DNA from: an uncultured Planctomycetales bacterium
Lineage (GTDB): Bacteria > Omnitrophota > Gorgyraeia > Gygaellales > Profunditerraquicolaceae
Length of the DNA stretch: 64,000 nucleotides
Direction of reading: 5' to 3'
Assembly: GCA_964545575.1 (NCBI GenBank)
Contig: CAZJFL010000007.1
Span: forward strand, 31,848-95,847
The notes beneath the pieces are model-generated. The model worked only from the letters and a program-made list of their open reading frames with translations. It was not told the DNA's origin and made no database searches. The number at the start of each line of letters is the position of its first letter. The stretch's first letter is position 1. Positions 8,969 through 18,175 of this stretch are shown here, one piece after another. The position numbers and the translations under genes are program-made.

Positions 8969-9960
8969 TAATTACCCTTAGGCTTGCCCTGTTTTTTCTT
9001 AAATAAATCCAGGAACCTGTCTTCGTATTCTTTATACACATTCCATTTATCTAGCTCTGTCTTTAATTCGCCGGCCTTGGCAATATCGGTCTTAGCTTGC
9101 ACAAAAAGCCTTTCGATATTTTCCTTCACCGAAACCGGCAGTTTGGTAAGCTGGCTGAGATATTTTTTTATCTTCTCTATCTCCTCTTCTCCGATGGGAG
9201 CGGCGGCCTGGCCGAGCTTTAAATAATCCAGTAGTTTATTGATTTCTCCTTCGGTGGCATGTATCTGTTCAACTAGCCCTGTAAAATCTATTTTTATCTC
9301 TAGCATCCTGCCTAAGGCCTCTAAAACCGCCAGGGACGCCTTGGGATTTTCAACCTGGATAGTGTAAAGCGGTATTTCTCCGAGCAGGCAGAAGCCTTCC
9401 AGGCCCGCTCTTTTCGCTATCCCTAAAAATAAACCGTTCATGCCGCTGATCTGGCCTTCGGATAAAAGATTCAAATTATATGCTTTAAAATTATCTTTGA
9501 CCTGCGCGGAGGTTGCGGCAAACCAGACTCCAGCCTGCTGGGTATGGTCAATGGCCTGGGGCATCGCGGCAAAGCTGATTACCGTCTTTACTTTGAAAGT
9601 AGCGGCAAGCTCCAGTATCCGCTTGCAGTAATCGCCGGCTTTGGCTAAATCCGGCTGGGCATTGCTAATAAAAATAATCAGGTCGCGCCCGCCTTGGGGG
9701 TTACTCCAAAAATAAAACTTGCTGTAAGGAAGCTCCGGCGCCGATAATAAGCCTTCCCGGACAACGCTGCCGGTAAGATAAAAAAACTCTTCGGGCGCAA
9801 TCCGGGTAAACTCTTCGGCTTTCAGTTTTTCCACTAAATAGCTTGCTGCTTTAAAAGCCACCTCGCCCATACCCGGCCAGGCAACAATTAAATAGGGGTC
9901 TTTAAGTTTGGGTTTTTTATCCATCTTTAGTTCCTTTCTCATCTGCCGGCGCTTAATCAA
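8968..9960 (-). CDS. PAC2 (proteasome assembly chaperone) family protein; true start may be 9942 or 9924
   Basis: AWPGMGEVA, ISGMNGL, CLLGE..YT...NPKAS pattern. Confidence 0.72.
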   Translation of the reverse strand: MIKRRQMRKELKMDKKPKLKDPYLIVAWPGMGEVAFKAASYLVEKLKAEEFTRIAPEEFFYLTGSVVREGLLSAPELPYSKFYFWSNPQGGRDLIIFISNAQPDLAKAGDYCKRILELAATFKVKTVISFAAMPQAIDHTQQAGVWFAATSAQVKDNFKAYNLNLLSEGQISGMNGLFLGIAKRAGLEGFCLLGEIPLYTIQVENPKASLAVLEALGRMLEIKIDFTGLVEQIHATEGEINKLLDYLKLGQAAAPIGEEEIEKIKKYLSQLTKLPVSVKENIERLFVQAKTDIAKAGELKTELDKWNVYKEYEDRFLDLFKKKQGKPKGN

Positions 9961-11087
9961 GCTTTAAACCTATATTGCTTTAAAAACTCTTCTAATACCA
10001 GTGCCCCTTTATAGAGGCTGTTTATCTTGGCGTATTCATCCGCGGTATGCGCTAGACCTTCCGAGCCAAAACCTGTAGCTACTGCTGGGATAAATTTATC
10101 CTGGAAGAAAGTAATCACGGTTGCCCCCTCCGAACCCTTAATTTGCGGCTTAAGAGAAACTTTTCTCATCGCAGAAGTTAAACACTTTACCAGGGGATGA
10201 TTTGTCTGTATCGCATAAGGTTTTTGAATATCCTCTATCTCTATTTTAAACCTCTTTGCATGTTTGCCGACTACCGTCCTAATATATTTTAATAACTCTT
10301 CTGCTTCCGTGCCCGGTAAAAACCGAAAGTCCGCCTCAAACTCGCACCAATCAGCCACGACATTTACTTTATCCCCGCCTTTGATGGTCCCGATATTCAT
10401 GGTCGGCGGCCGAAGATACGGATTCCCGGCATAAGCGAATCTGTGATTTTTTAGTTCTTGAATGATACCCACCGCTGCCTCAATCGCGTTTACCCCCAGC
10501 CACGGATAGGCGCCGTGTGCCCTCCTGCCCTGGATTTTTACTTTAAGATGTATCAAGCCTTTCTGGGTAATAACGACGGAAAAATCATCGGAATCTAAAA
10601 CTACCGCTGCATCCGGCTTTAATATGCCTAATTCTAGTAAAGGAATTAACCCGAGAGATGAACCGCTCTCCTCATCCGCGGTAGCAGCAAAGATTAGATT
10701 ATAATCTAAAACCGCGCCATCTTCAACTAAACTATTTATCGCCTCCAGGCCGCAGGCCAGATTTCCTTTACAATCAGTAGCGCCTAGGCCGTAAATTTTA
10801 TTTTTATGGATTTTAGCGGCAAAAGGAGGAAAACACCAGCTTTTTCCGGCAGGCACGGTATCTAAATGCGGAGTGAGTAAAAGCGAATGTTTACCCCCGG
10901 CTCCTTTTAATACCGCTATTACATTAGAGCGTTCTTTTTTAAAATCGTAAATACGGACTTTTAGCCCTAAATTATCCAGGTATTTTTTTACCCAGCAGGC
11001 TATCCTGGATTCGTTGCCGCCGGGATTCTCGGAATTAATCCTGATTAATTGCCGCGTAATTTTTATTAACCTTTTTTTATTAACCAT
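9957..11087 (-). CDS. M20 metallopeptidase, ArgE/DapE family
   Basis: HLDTVP, GATDCKG, DEESG, AHGAYP and AHTADE. Confidence 0.88.
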   Translation of the reverse strand: MVNKKRLIKITRQLIRINSENPGGNESRIACWVKKYLDNLGLKVRIYDFKKERSNVIAVLKGAGGKHSLLLTPHLDTVPAGKSWCFPPFAAKIHKNKIYGLGATDCKGNLACGLEAINSLVEDGAVLDYNLIFAATADEESGSSLGLIPLLELGILKPDAAVVLDSDDFSVVITQKGLIHLKVKIQGRRAHGAYPWLGVNAIEAAVGIIQELKNHRFAYAGNPYLRPPTMNIGTIKGGDKVNVVADWCEFEADFRFLPGTEAEELLKYIRTVVGKHAKRFKIEIEDIQKPYAIQTNHPLVKCLTSAMRKVSLKPQIKGSEGATVITFFQDKFIPAVATGFGSEGLAHTADEYAKINSLYKGALVLEEFLKQYRFKA

Positions 11088-11089
11088 CT

Positions 11090-11839
11090 CTAAAACTTAA
11101 AGTTCACGCTGGCGGCCAGGGCGTCGCTATCAAAAAACGAGCCTTCCAGGTTGATCCAGATTTTCTGCGCCAGCGGTAGATCAAAACCAAAAATCAGGCC
11201 CCAGCTCTTTCCTAAGTCTGACATTTTGCGTTTACGCCGCTCTCCCTGCCAGTGGATATAATCGATTCTAGACCATCTGGTTCCTAGATAGGGCCTTATA
11301 AACCTGAAGTCATAAGACACCAGCGCCGAAGTCTGCCAATCATCTAAAACTGCCCGCTGCTTTACTCCTAAGACATAAGTATGCTTCGGATGCACGCTGA
11401 TATGCTGAAATCCAAATACAGCCTTAATCTTGTGCGCATCGTAAAGCCTTAAACGCAGGCCGTAACCTCCGTCAAAACTATAGGCATAATCTATTTCGCT
11501 GGCTCCGGGCGGGCGCTGTTTTATATCCCCGGCCCCGCCCTTTAAATCTATGGCGAACCAATCAAAGACTCCGTAGGACAGGGTAAAGAAGTTCTGGATA
11601 CTGCGCACTTTTCCATAAGCATCCTCTAAATACCTTTTAAAGATAGAGTGGGTCTGGAAACCGCCGAAGAACTCGCCCCTCTCGGGCATCTTTGTGCCGT
11701 AACAGGGAGCAGCGTAGCAATTAAAATCCAAAATGCAAAATTCAAAAATCAAAATTACAATCCAAAATTTTCCCGCTAAAGCGGGATCCCGCCATATATT
11801 GAATATTAAGGAGCGGGAAAAATTTATTTTAGCGGACAT
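11090..11839 (-). CDS. Putative outer-membrane beta-barrel protein
   Basis: Signal-peptide-like N-terminus, alternating aromatic/hydrophobic strands, C-terminal VNFKF. Confidence 0.55.
   Translation of the reverse strand: MSAKINFSRSLIFNIWRDPALAGKFWIVILIFEFCILDFNCYAAPCYGTKMPERGEFFGGFQTHSIFKRYLEDAYGKVRSIQNFFTLSYGVFDWFAIDLKGGAGDIKQRPPGASEIDYAYSFDGGYGLRLRLYDAHKIKAVFGFQHISVHPKHTYVLGVKQRAVLDDWQTSALVSYDFRFIRPYLGTRWSRIDYIHWQGERRKRKMSDLGKSWGLIFGFDLPLAQKIWINLEGSFFDSDALAASVNFKF
11722..11825. repeat. CAAAATN heptamer run plus CCCGC..GCGGG hairpins
   Basis: taaaatc caaaatg caaaatt caaaaat caaaatt..., then cccgctaaagcggg and tcccgc...gcggga. Confidence 0.6.
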
Positions 11840-12456
11840 ATATTACACTTCGGCTTACTCTTCAGGCAAAAGTCTTTACCTAACTTTACTAATAGTGCAT
11901 GGTATTCGTTAAATAATTTTAGGTTTGGCTTTAAATTACACATGAATAAGTCCTGTACTTGGGTATATGAACCGTTATCTTTAATCAGCTTATGCCGCAA
12001 GAATATCCTTCTGGTATAGGCGTCGACTACGAAAACCGGTTTATTCAGGGCGTAAAGCAATATGGAATCCGCTGTCTCCGGGCCGATACCGTTTACGGAA
12101 AGTAATTGCCGGCGTAAAACTTTACTTGTCTTCTGTGATATTTTTTTTAGGCTGCCCCGGTAATGATTGATATAAAACTTTAGAAAATTATTCAGGCGTT
12201 TTGCTTTAATATTATAATATCCGGCCGGACGGATAAGTAAAGCTAGCTTCTTAGGATGCAGCCGGTAAAGTTTAAGCGGGCTAAGCAGTTTATTATTTTT
12301 GAGGTTCTTGATCGCCTTTTCTACGTTTGCCCAGCTGGTATTCTGGGTCAGGATTGCCCCCACCATCACCTCAAAAGGCGAATCCCCCGGCCACCAGGCT
12401 TGCGGCCCGAAATGCGAATATAATTTTTTGTAAATACTCTTTAACCGGCGCTTCAT
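11824..12456 (-). CDS. HhH-GPD DNA glycosylase / endonuclease III-related protein
   Basis: GAILTQNT, LLSVNGIGPETAD, VVDAY and C-terminal Cys cluster. Confidence 0.88.
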   Translation of the reverse strand: MKRRLKSIYKKLYSHFGPQAWWPGDSPFEVMVGAILTQNTSWANVEKAIKNLKNNKLLSPLKLYRLHPKKLALLIRPAGYYNIKAKRLNNFLKFYINHYRGSLKKISQKTSKVLRRQLLSVNGIGPETADSILLYALNKPVFVVDAYTRRIFLRHKLIKDNGSYTQVQDLFMCNLKPNLKLFNEYHALLVKLGKDFCLKSKPKCNICPLK

Positions 12457-14963
12457 TTGCGAAGTTCCAAGATTATCCTTTGCTTTACCTTTTTAGCCAG
12501 GACCTCCAGGAATTTCTTAAAATCCCGGTATTCGCTTTCGGTTATTCTGTTTTTCTTTAATTCCGTGCTCTGTTTAACATATATTTTGTTTGCCTTACGG
12601 ATATACTCAAGGTTAAAGCTTAACCAGGGGGAGTCGCTGGCGATATTTTCGGGCATATATTTTAGGGTGAAATTATCGGGGATAGTAATCTCTAAAATAG
12701 ATTCTTTGCTATCCATGACTCCAAAATCAAGCGGGTATTTGCGTACGGCTTTGGCTACGAAAGAAGTATCCAGGGAAGCAAACCCCGGGGCTATCCTTAA
12801 GTTTCCCGCCAGAGTAAAGTACTCCGGGCCGCTAAAGGCATAATCCAGGCTTACCGGGGTATTTAAATCTTCTAAGTTTTTAATCTGGTACTGCCTGAGC
12901 TCCGCGCCGATAGAAACCTCCTGTATTTTTTCCTTCAATGCCTCTGCAATCAGTTCCGGCGGAGTGTGCAACAGCCAATACCTTTGCGCCTGATCATAAA
13001 TACCGTAGGTAAAAATGGATTTCTGGGCAGCAATAGATTCATTACCCTGCACCTCAATTTTAAGATATTGCCGGGTCAGGTTATGCTGCGCCGGGTAAAA
13101 AGGTATGTCTTGTATCTGGCATTTATCTTCTTTAATCACTAATACCGACCTGCCCTGGTCCATCGCGGGAAGATCTCTGAAAGAACAAGTCTCTGCCGTG
13201 GGGTCAAGAAATACGGTTTCGCCGTCCAGCGCCACCGCGGCGATAGCGTGGTTAAAAAGCATGGCGGGAAATCCCGGATCTAAGTTATAATATTCTTTGG
13301 TGGGGATCAGCACCGGCCAGGCCTTTATCCCCGCTTCCGTTAGCATCGTAACTAAAAGTATAGCCTGGTCTTTACAGTCGCCGTATTTATTCCTGAAAAT
13401 ATCCTCGGCCTTGTGCGGCTCGTAACCGGCCTGCCCGTATTCCACCGCCACATAACGGATTTCTTTGGCGCAGAAATTATAAACCGCCCTTGCCTTCGCT
13501 TCCAAGGATTCGGCGCCGGAAATCAACTCTCTGACTTTATCTTTGATGGGAGCATCGGCTTTTATTTTATCTTTGGCTAGCCGCCACCACCAGCTGTATA
13601 TATCCTCCCAGGGCTGAAACGTAGAGACCAGGATAGTGGGATTTATTTCTATATTGGGCGGCATGCTGGGTTCCGGGAGTATCTGCGGGATATTATTGAA
13701 CTGCCAGCTATAAATTAAGCTGCCGTTCTGTTTCTCTATCCGGGGCTTTAATTCAGCGGTGAAATTATTGTATTTTTCATTCAAATCTTTAAGGTGCAGG
13801 GTTTTATTTTCGGGCAGAAAAAGCCTAAAATCAGCCCTGATAATCGGCTCTGACGCTTGCACCGGATAGCTGAAAGCAAAATCTTTTTTATTGATCAGCT
13901 GGTTGCGATAAATTTTTACTTTGTATTCTATTACCGAACCTTCTGCGATTTCGGGAAAAGAAATAATATAAACCCGGGCATTGCTGTAGAGCGGAAAATT
14001 AAGGTACTTGGAGACATCGCGGATATGGCGGGAGCCGACCTCCACCACTTTGCCGTCCGGCCGGATGGTACGGGCATACTCCAACTCCACTTTTTCGTAA
14101 GTAGAATCGTAATCTATATGGCTCTCCGAAAAACCTTCCTTACCGCGCTCATTAAGGATCTTCACCAGGTAATATAAAGAAGAAACCAGCGAATTCTGCG
14201 GCGTAACTTCTATTTTTTCGTCGCAATATAAAACCAGCGCACCGGCCTGCGGGTAATCTTCTGCCTTTGGCGCGCCTTTGATCATTTCGGCGACCTTAGG
14301 GTCTAGCTCGGATATATCCCTTAGATTGACCTGCCTTTCAATGATATTGGCCCGCCCTAAGGCAAAGGAGGTGAATTCTTTTGCTTTTATTTTTTTATAG
14401 GTATCCAGCGCCTTGTCAAAAAGGTTTAATTTTTCGCAGGTTAATCCCTGATAATAGAGGTATTCGTCGTCGGGAATCTCGTTTTTATTAAAGACCTCCA
14501 TGGCGTCGGTGAAATTACCGATGCGGTAATAGGAGATAGCGAGTAATTTCCTGGCGGGTAGAGTGTCTATATTTTCCAGCGCTTCTGTTGCTTTTTCAAA
14601 TTCGCCGTGCTCATAATATAGTTTCCCCAATTCAAAACGCAGATTACCTTGTTCAGCGCCTTTGGCGATTAAATCCCGCTGTATCTTTAAGGCACGCTGA
14701 TAACTGGCCTCTGATTGACGGGCGTACTTTTGGACCCGCTCCATCTCACTTTTTTGGGTACACCCCGTTAATAGGAAGGCGAGACATGCAACAATCAAAA
14801 TCCTAAACTCTAAACTCGAAATTCTAAACAAATCCCAAATTCTAAATTCAAATGTTCTAAACGAACTCTGTTTTGAGTTTTGAACATTGGGATTTTGATA
14901 TTGTTTAGGATTTAGGATTTCGGATTTCGGATTTACCGTTTTAGCGGTATTTATAATATGCAT
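12453..14963 (-). CDS. TPR + DUF3857 + transglutaminase-domain lipoprotein (start uncertain)
   Basis: Lipobox LLTGC, TPR-like helices, transglutaminase triad GDCKD...FNHAI...FLDPT. The nearest in-frame ATG overlapping the hypD end is at 14963. Confidence 0.8.
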   Translation of the reverse strand: MHIINTAKTVNPKSEILNPKQYQNPNVQNSKQSSFRTFEFRIWDLFRISSLEFRILIVACLAFLLTGCTQKSEMERVQKYARQSEASYQRALKIQRDLIAKGAEQGNLRFELGKLYYEHGEFEKATEALENIDTLPARKLLAISYYRIGNFTDAMEVFNKNEIPDDEYLYYQGLTCEKLNLFDKALDTYKKIKAKEFTSFALGRANIIERQVNLRDISELDPKVAEMIKGAPKAEDYPQAGALVLYCDEKIEVTPQNSLVSSLYYLVKILNERGKEGFSESHIDYDSTYEKVELEYARTIRPDGKVVEVGSRHIRDVSKYLNFPLYSNARVYIISFPEIAEGSVIEYKVKIYRNQLINKKDFAFSYPVQASEPIIRADFRLFLPENKTLHLKDLNEKYNNFTAELKPRIEKQNGSLIYSWQFNNIPQILPEPSMPPNIEINPTILVSTFQPWEDIYSWWWRLAKDKIKADAPIKDKVRELISGAESLEAKARAVYNFCAKEIRYVAVEYGQAGYEPHKAEDIFRNKYGDCKDQAILLVTMLTEAGIKAWPVLIPTKEYYNLDPGFPAMLFNHAIAAVALDGETVFLDPTAETCSFRDLPAMDQGRSVLVIKEDKCQIQDIPFYPAQHNLTRQYLKIEVQGNESIAAQKSIFTYGIYDQAQRYWLLHTPPELIAEALKEKIQEVSIGAELRQYQIKNLEDLNTPVSLDYAFSGPEYFTLAGNLRIAPGFASLDTSFVAKAVRKYPLDFGVMDSKESILEITIPDNFTLKYMPENIASDSPWLSFNLEYIRKANKIYVKQSTELKKNRITESEYRDFKKFLEVLAKKVKQRIILELRK
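14797..14934. repeat. Imperfect inverted repeat built from heptamers (AAATYCT / AGGATTT)
   Basis: Left arm aaatcct aaactct aaactcg aaattct...; right arm ...aggattt aggattt cggattt cggattt. Confidence 0.75.
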
Positions 14964-16032
14964 TACAGGCTCCTTCGCTAGAAACCATACACGGGCCAAT
15001 GGGATTATCCGGCTTACATATTTTAGCAAATAAAGGGCATCCCTTAGGATTAATCAGGCCTTTTAAGACGTCGCCGCACCTGCACCTGGTTGCCGGTCGA
15101 CCTGTTGGCCTGTTGGCCTGTTTAAGCGAAAAAACTTTTCCGGCGTCAAATTCAGAAAAAGCATCTTTTATCTTCAGCCCGCTTTCCGGGATCCTGCCCA
15201 AACCTCGCCAATCGGCATCGGCGGTTTTGAAAACCCGGCGGATAAACTTTTGCGCTTCTTTATTGCCGCTTTTGGTTACCGCGCGCAGATATTGATTCGC
15301 TACTCTTGCTTTAGCTTGCGCTAACTGCTCAAGAAGCATATATATCCCTTCCAGAATATCCAGCGGCTCAAAACCTGCCACACAACAGGCTATGCCGTAG
15401 TTTTTGGCGATGAACTGATAAGGCCTGGTGCCGATAATCGTGGAAACATGCCCGGGGCATAAAAAAGCGTCGATCGCCAGCCTTTCATCCTGAAGCAAGT
15501 AACCCATTGCCGGAGGAATCAGCTTTAGGGAAGAAAAGAAAAATAAATTCTTAATCTTTTCCTTCTTTGCCGAAAGAATACTTAAGGCAATGGTAGGGGC
15601 GGTGGTTTCAAATCCCACCGCTAAAAACACTACTTTTTTAGCGGGGTTTTTTTGCGCCACCCTTAAGCTATCCAGGGCAGAATAAACTACCGCGACATTA
15701 GCGTTTTTTGCCCTCTCCTTCTCCAGCGTAGACTTAGCGCCAGGCACCTGAAGCATATCGCCGAAAGTAGCGATAATGATATTTTTGTCTGCGGATAATT
15801 TTATGGCGCAATCGATGTAGTCCGCAGAGCTGACGCAAACCGGGCAACCCGGCCCGGCAATCAATTTTATATTAGAAGCCAACAGTTTATCCAGCCCGAA
15901 CCTGAAAAACGACTGGGTATGCGTGCCGCAGACTTCCATAATATTAATCCTGCGCGCCGGGCTTATTTCATTGATGCGCGCTAAGATTTTCAGGCTCAGC
16001 TTTTTATTACGGAATTCGTCAACGTATCTCAT
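14941..16032 (-). CDS. hypD: Hydrogenase maturation protein HypD
   Basis: MEVCGTHT, GPGCPVC, GFETT, PGHVS and CMVSSEGAC. Confidence 0.96.
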   Translation of the reverse strand: MRYVDEFRNKKLSLKILARINEISPARRINIMEVCGTHTQSFFRFGLDKLLASNIKLIAGPGCPVCVSSADYIDCAIKLSADKNIIIATFGDMLQVPGAKSTLEKERAKNANVAVVYSALDSLRVAQKNPAKKVVFLAVGFETTAPTIALSILSAKKEKIKNLFFFSSLKLIPPAMGYLLQDERLAIDAFLCPGHVSTIIGTRPYQFIAKNYGIACCVAGFEPLDILEGIYMLLEQLAQAKARVANQYLRAVTKSGNKEAQKFIRRVFKTADADWRGLGRIPESGLKIKDAFSEFDAGKVFSLKQANRPTGRPATRCRCGDVLKGLINPKGCPLFAKICKPDNPIGPCMVSSEGACNAYYKYR

Positions 16033-16228
16033 CGATTAACCTTAAGGTCTCTCTTGCTTCCTGCGTGTCGACTTTCTGGATGGCAAAACCGGCGTGCACC
16101 AATACATAATCGCCTGCCTTTGCCTGCGGCAACATCTGAATATTTATCGTCCGGATAAGCCTGCCGGATGAGACTTCGGCGAAATCACCCTTAATCGCCT
16201 TTATTTTCATCGGTATAGCTAAGCACAT
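16019..16228 (-). CDS. hypC: Hydrogenase chaperone HypC
   Basis: MCLAIP N-terminus and GDYVLVHAGFA. Confidence 0.95.
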   Translation of the reverse strand: MCLAIPMKIKAIKGDFAEVSSGRLIRTINIQMLPQAKAGDYVLVHAGFAIQKVDTQEARETLRLIDEIR

Positions 16229-16229
16229 G

Positions 16230-17351
16230 TCAGTTTCTGTATCCGGCAATAACTGCTTGTCCTAAAGAAATACCACTGTCATCGGGAGAAAGGATCCGGT
16301 GGATAAAAATCCGGAACCCTTCTTTACATAATAAATCTAAAATCAGCCGAAGTAAAAGTTTATTTTGAAAGACCCCTCCGGATAAAACTATTCTTTTTAT
16401 CCCCGTTTCCTTTTTTAGCGCCAAACAGGTTTTCCTAACCATCTCTGCTACGGTTAAATGAAACCTGTAAGCTATTTCCCTTTTAGGCGCCTTACCTTTT
16501 AAATCCGAAACTATTTGTTTAAACATCGGGGCGGGATCGATTATATACTGATCGGAGGTTTTGGTTATTTTGAAGCCGTAACCGGAAGCCTGAGGCCGGG
16601 AACTTAAAGCCAGCTTCTCCAAGGTAATCGCCAGTTCCGCCTCGTAAACGGTGTTTTTCTTTTCTAATACCAAAGCTCCCGCCGCATCAAATAACCTGCC
16701 CATGCTACTGGCTAGGGGAGAATTCAGGCTGATTTTATATATTTTTTCCAAAATCCGCCACTTCTGCTTATCCAAATTTTTCACAAAGTTTATTTTTAAA
16801 CTTAAAAATTTATCTTTATAGGTTAAATACAGCCAGGCTGCGGCCACCCGCCAGGGCTCTAATATCGCCCTCTCGCCTCCCAAAAGCGGGATTTCTTTTA
16901 AATGCGCCAGGCGGGTAAAACTTTTATAATCGCAAACTAAAAACTCCGCCCCCAAAAGCCTATTATCCACGCCCAGGCCTGTGCCGTCAAAAGCCACACC
17001 GATTACTTTTTGGTTCGCCAGGCCGTTTTCTACCATGCAGGAGGCGATGTGAGCATGGTGATGCTGAATAACTTGAAACTTGTAATTTGAAACTTGTAAC
17101 CCATGTATATATTTACTAGACTGATATTCCGGATGTAAGTCAGAGGCGATAATCTTGGGTTTCTTTTTTAAAAAATATTTTACCGTCTTGGCAAAATTTA
17201 AAAAGTCTATTGGGTTATTCAGGTCCGGATGCACCGGGCTAAGATAGGCAAAGTTGCCTTTGGCAAAACAGACGGTATTCTTGCCTTGAGGCCCCAATGC
17301 CAGGACTGATTTTTTTAATTTAAAAGGCAGCTTTATTTTTACCAACCTCAT
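16230..17351 (-). CDS. hypF: Short HypF (Kae1-like carbamoyltransferase domain only)
   Basis: DLHPEY, QHHHAH, DGTGLG, SSMGRLFD, LSGGVFQN and DxGISLGQ; no acylphosphatase, Zn-finger or YrdC domains. Confidence 0.85.
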   Translation of the reverse strand: MRLVKIKLPFKLKKSVLALGPQGKNTVCFAKGNFAYLSPVHPDLNNPIDFLNFAKTVKYFLKKKPKIIASDLHPEYQSSKYIHGLQVSNYKFQVIQHHHAHIASCMVENGLANQKVIGVAFDGTGLGVDNRLLGAEFLVCDYKSFTRLAHLKEIPLLGGERAILEPWRVAAAWLYLTYKDKFLSLKINFVKNLDKQKWRILEKIYKISLNSPLASSMGRLFDAAGALVLEKKNTVYEAELAITLEKLALSSRPQASGYGFKITKTSDQYIIDPAPMFKQIVSDLKGKAPKREIAYRFHLTVAEMVRKTCLALKKETGIKRIVLSGGVFQNKLLLRLILDLLCKEGFRIFIHRILSPDDSGISLGQAVIAGYRN

Positions 17352-18175
17352 CTGTCCATCTCCAGTTGCAAGATATTATCTACCCTGAAAGTACGTTCAT
17401 CCTGCCTTAAAGAACAGAAGCCTACCAGATAATTTTTCTTGTTCTCCTGCCTGATTTCTTTGGGGATAACCTGCCGCTCGGTAACTTCGGCGCTGGAACT
17501 GGAGAGGTATTTAATCTTTAGGCCTACCCCCAGATTAATCGCCTCCTGGATCAGGGCAAGCCTATGATTATTGACATCCTCTAAAAACCCGGAATTAATC
17601 CCGAAGAGCTGGGAAAAATTGGTAAAATCTTCGACTCCTTTTGCCCCCAGTATCCTCTTTAGCTTATCGAATACGCTTAAGGTTAATTCTACGTCGGAAA
17701 AGGCACGGTGCTGCTGTTGTTTTTCTATGCCCAATCCTTCGGCTACAAACCAAAGCGCGTAACGCTCTAATCCCGGCAGAAGCCTTTTGGCCATTTTCAG
17801 TATATCTATCACCACTATCCCCTCTTCCAGACTTTTTCTTCCCAGCAGCCTTAATTCGTTATTTAAAAAGTCCAGGTCAAAGCCGGCGTTATAGGAACAG
17901 AGGCAGCTATTGCGGATAAAATCCAGAAATTTAGGCATCACCTCCTGCGGCTGGGGCGCGCCTTTAAGCATTCCCGCATCAATATGGTTGACAGCAAAAG
18001 CCGCTTCTGAAATTTCTCTCCCCGGATTGACCAGGCTTTCAAAAAACGAGATTTTTTCCCTGCCTTTGATGCGGACAGCCGCGATCTCTACTATCCTATC
18101 TCCGGAATCCGGGTCTAAACCAGTGGTCTCGGTATCAAAAATAGTGAATTCTACCTCATCTATATTCTGCGACAT
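17348..18175 (-). CDS. DEDDh 3'-5' exonuclease fused to a WYL domain
   Basis: FDTETTG, YNAGFD, HRAFSD; C-terminal Y...R.V.P...YLVGFC..R..ERTFRVDNI. Confidence 0.85.
   Translation of the reverse strand: MSQNIDEVEFTIFDTETTGLDPDSGDRIVEIAAVRIKGREKISFFESLVNPGREISEAAFAVNHIDAGMLKGAPQPQEVMPKFLDFIRNSCLCSYNAGFDLDFLNNELRLLGRKSLEEGIVVIDILKMAKRLLPGLERYALWFVAEGLGIEKQQQHRAFSDVELTLSVFDKLKRILGAKGVEDFTNFSQLFGINSGFLEDVNNHRLALIQEAINLGVGLKIKYLSSSSAEVTERQVIPKEIRQENKKNYLVGFCSLRQDERTFRVDNILQLEMDR

Noticed and set aside
14797-14934. Possible CRISPR array
   Set aside because: No constant repeat with unique spacers of regular length and no cas genes; it is a heptamer-based inverted repeat.
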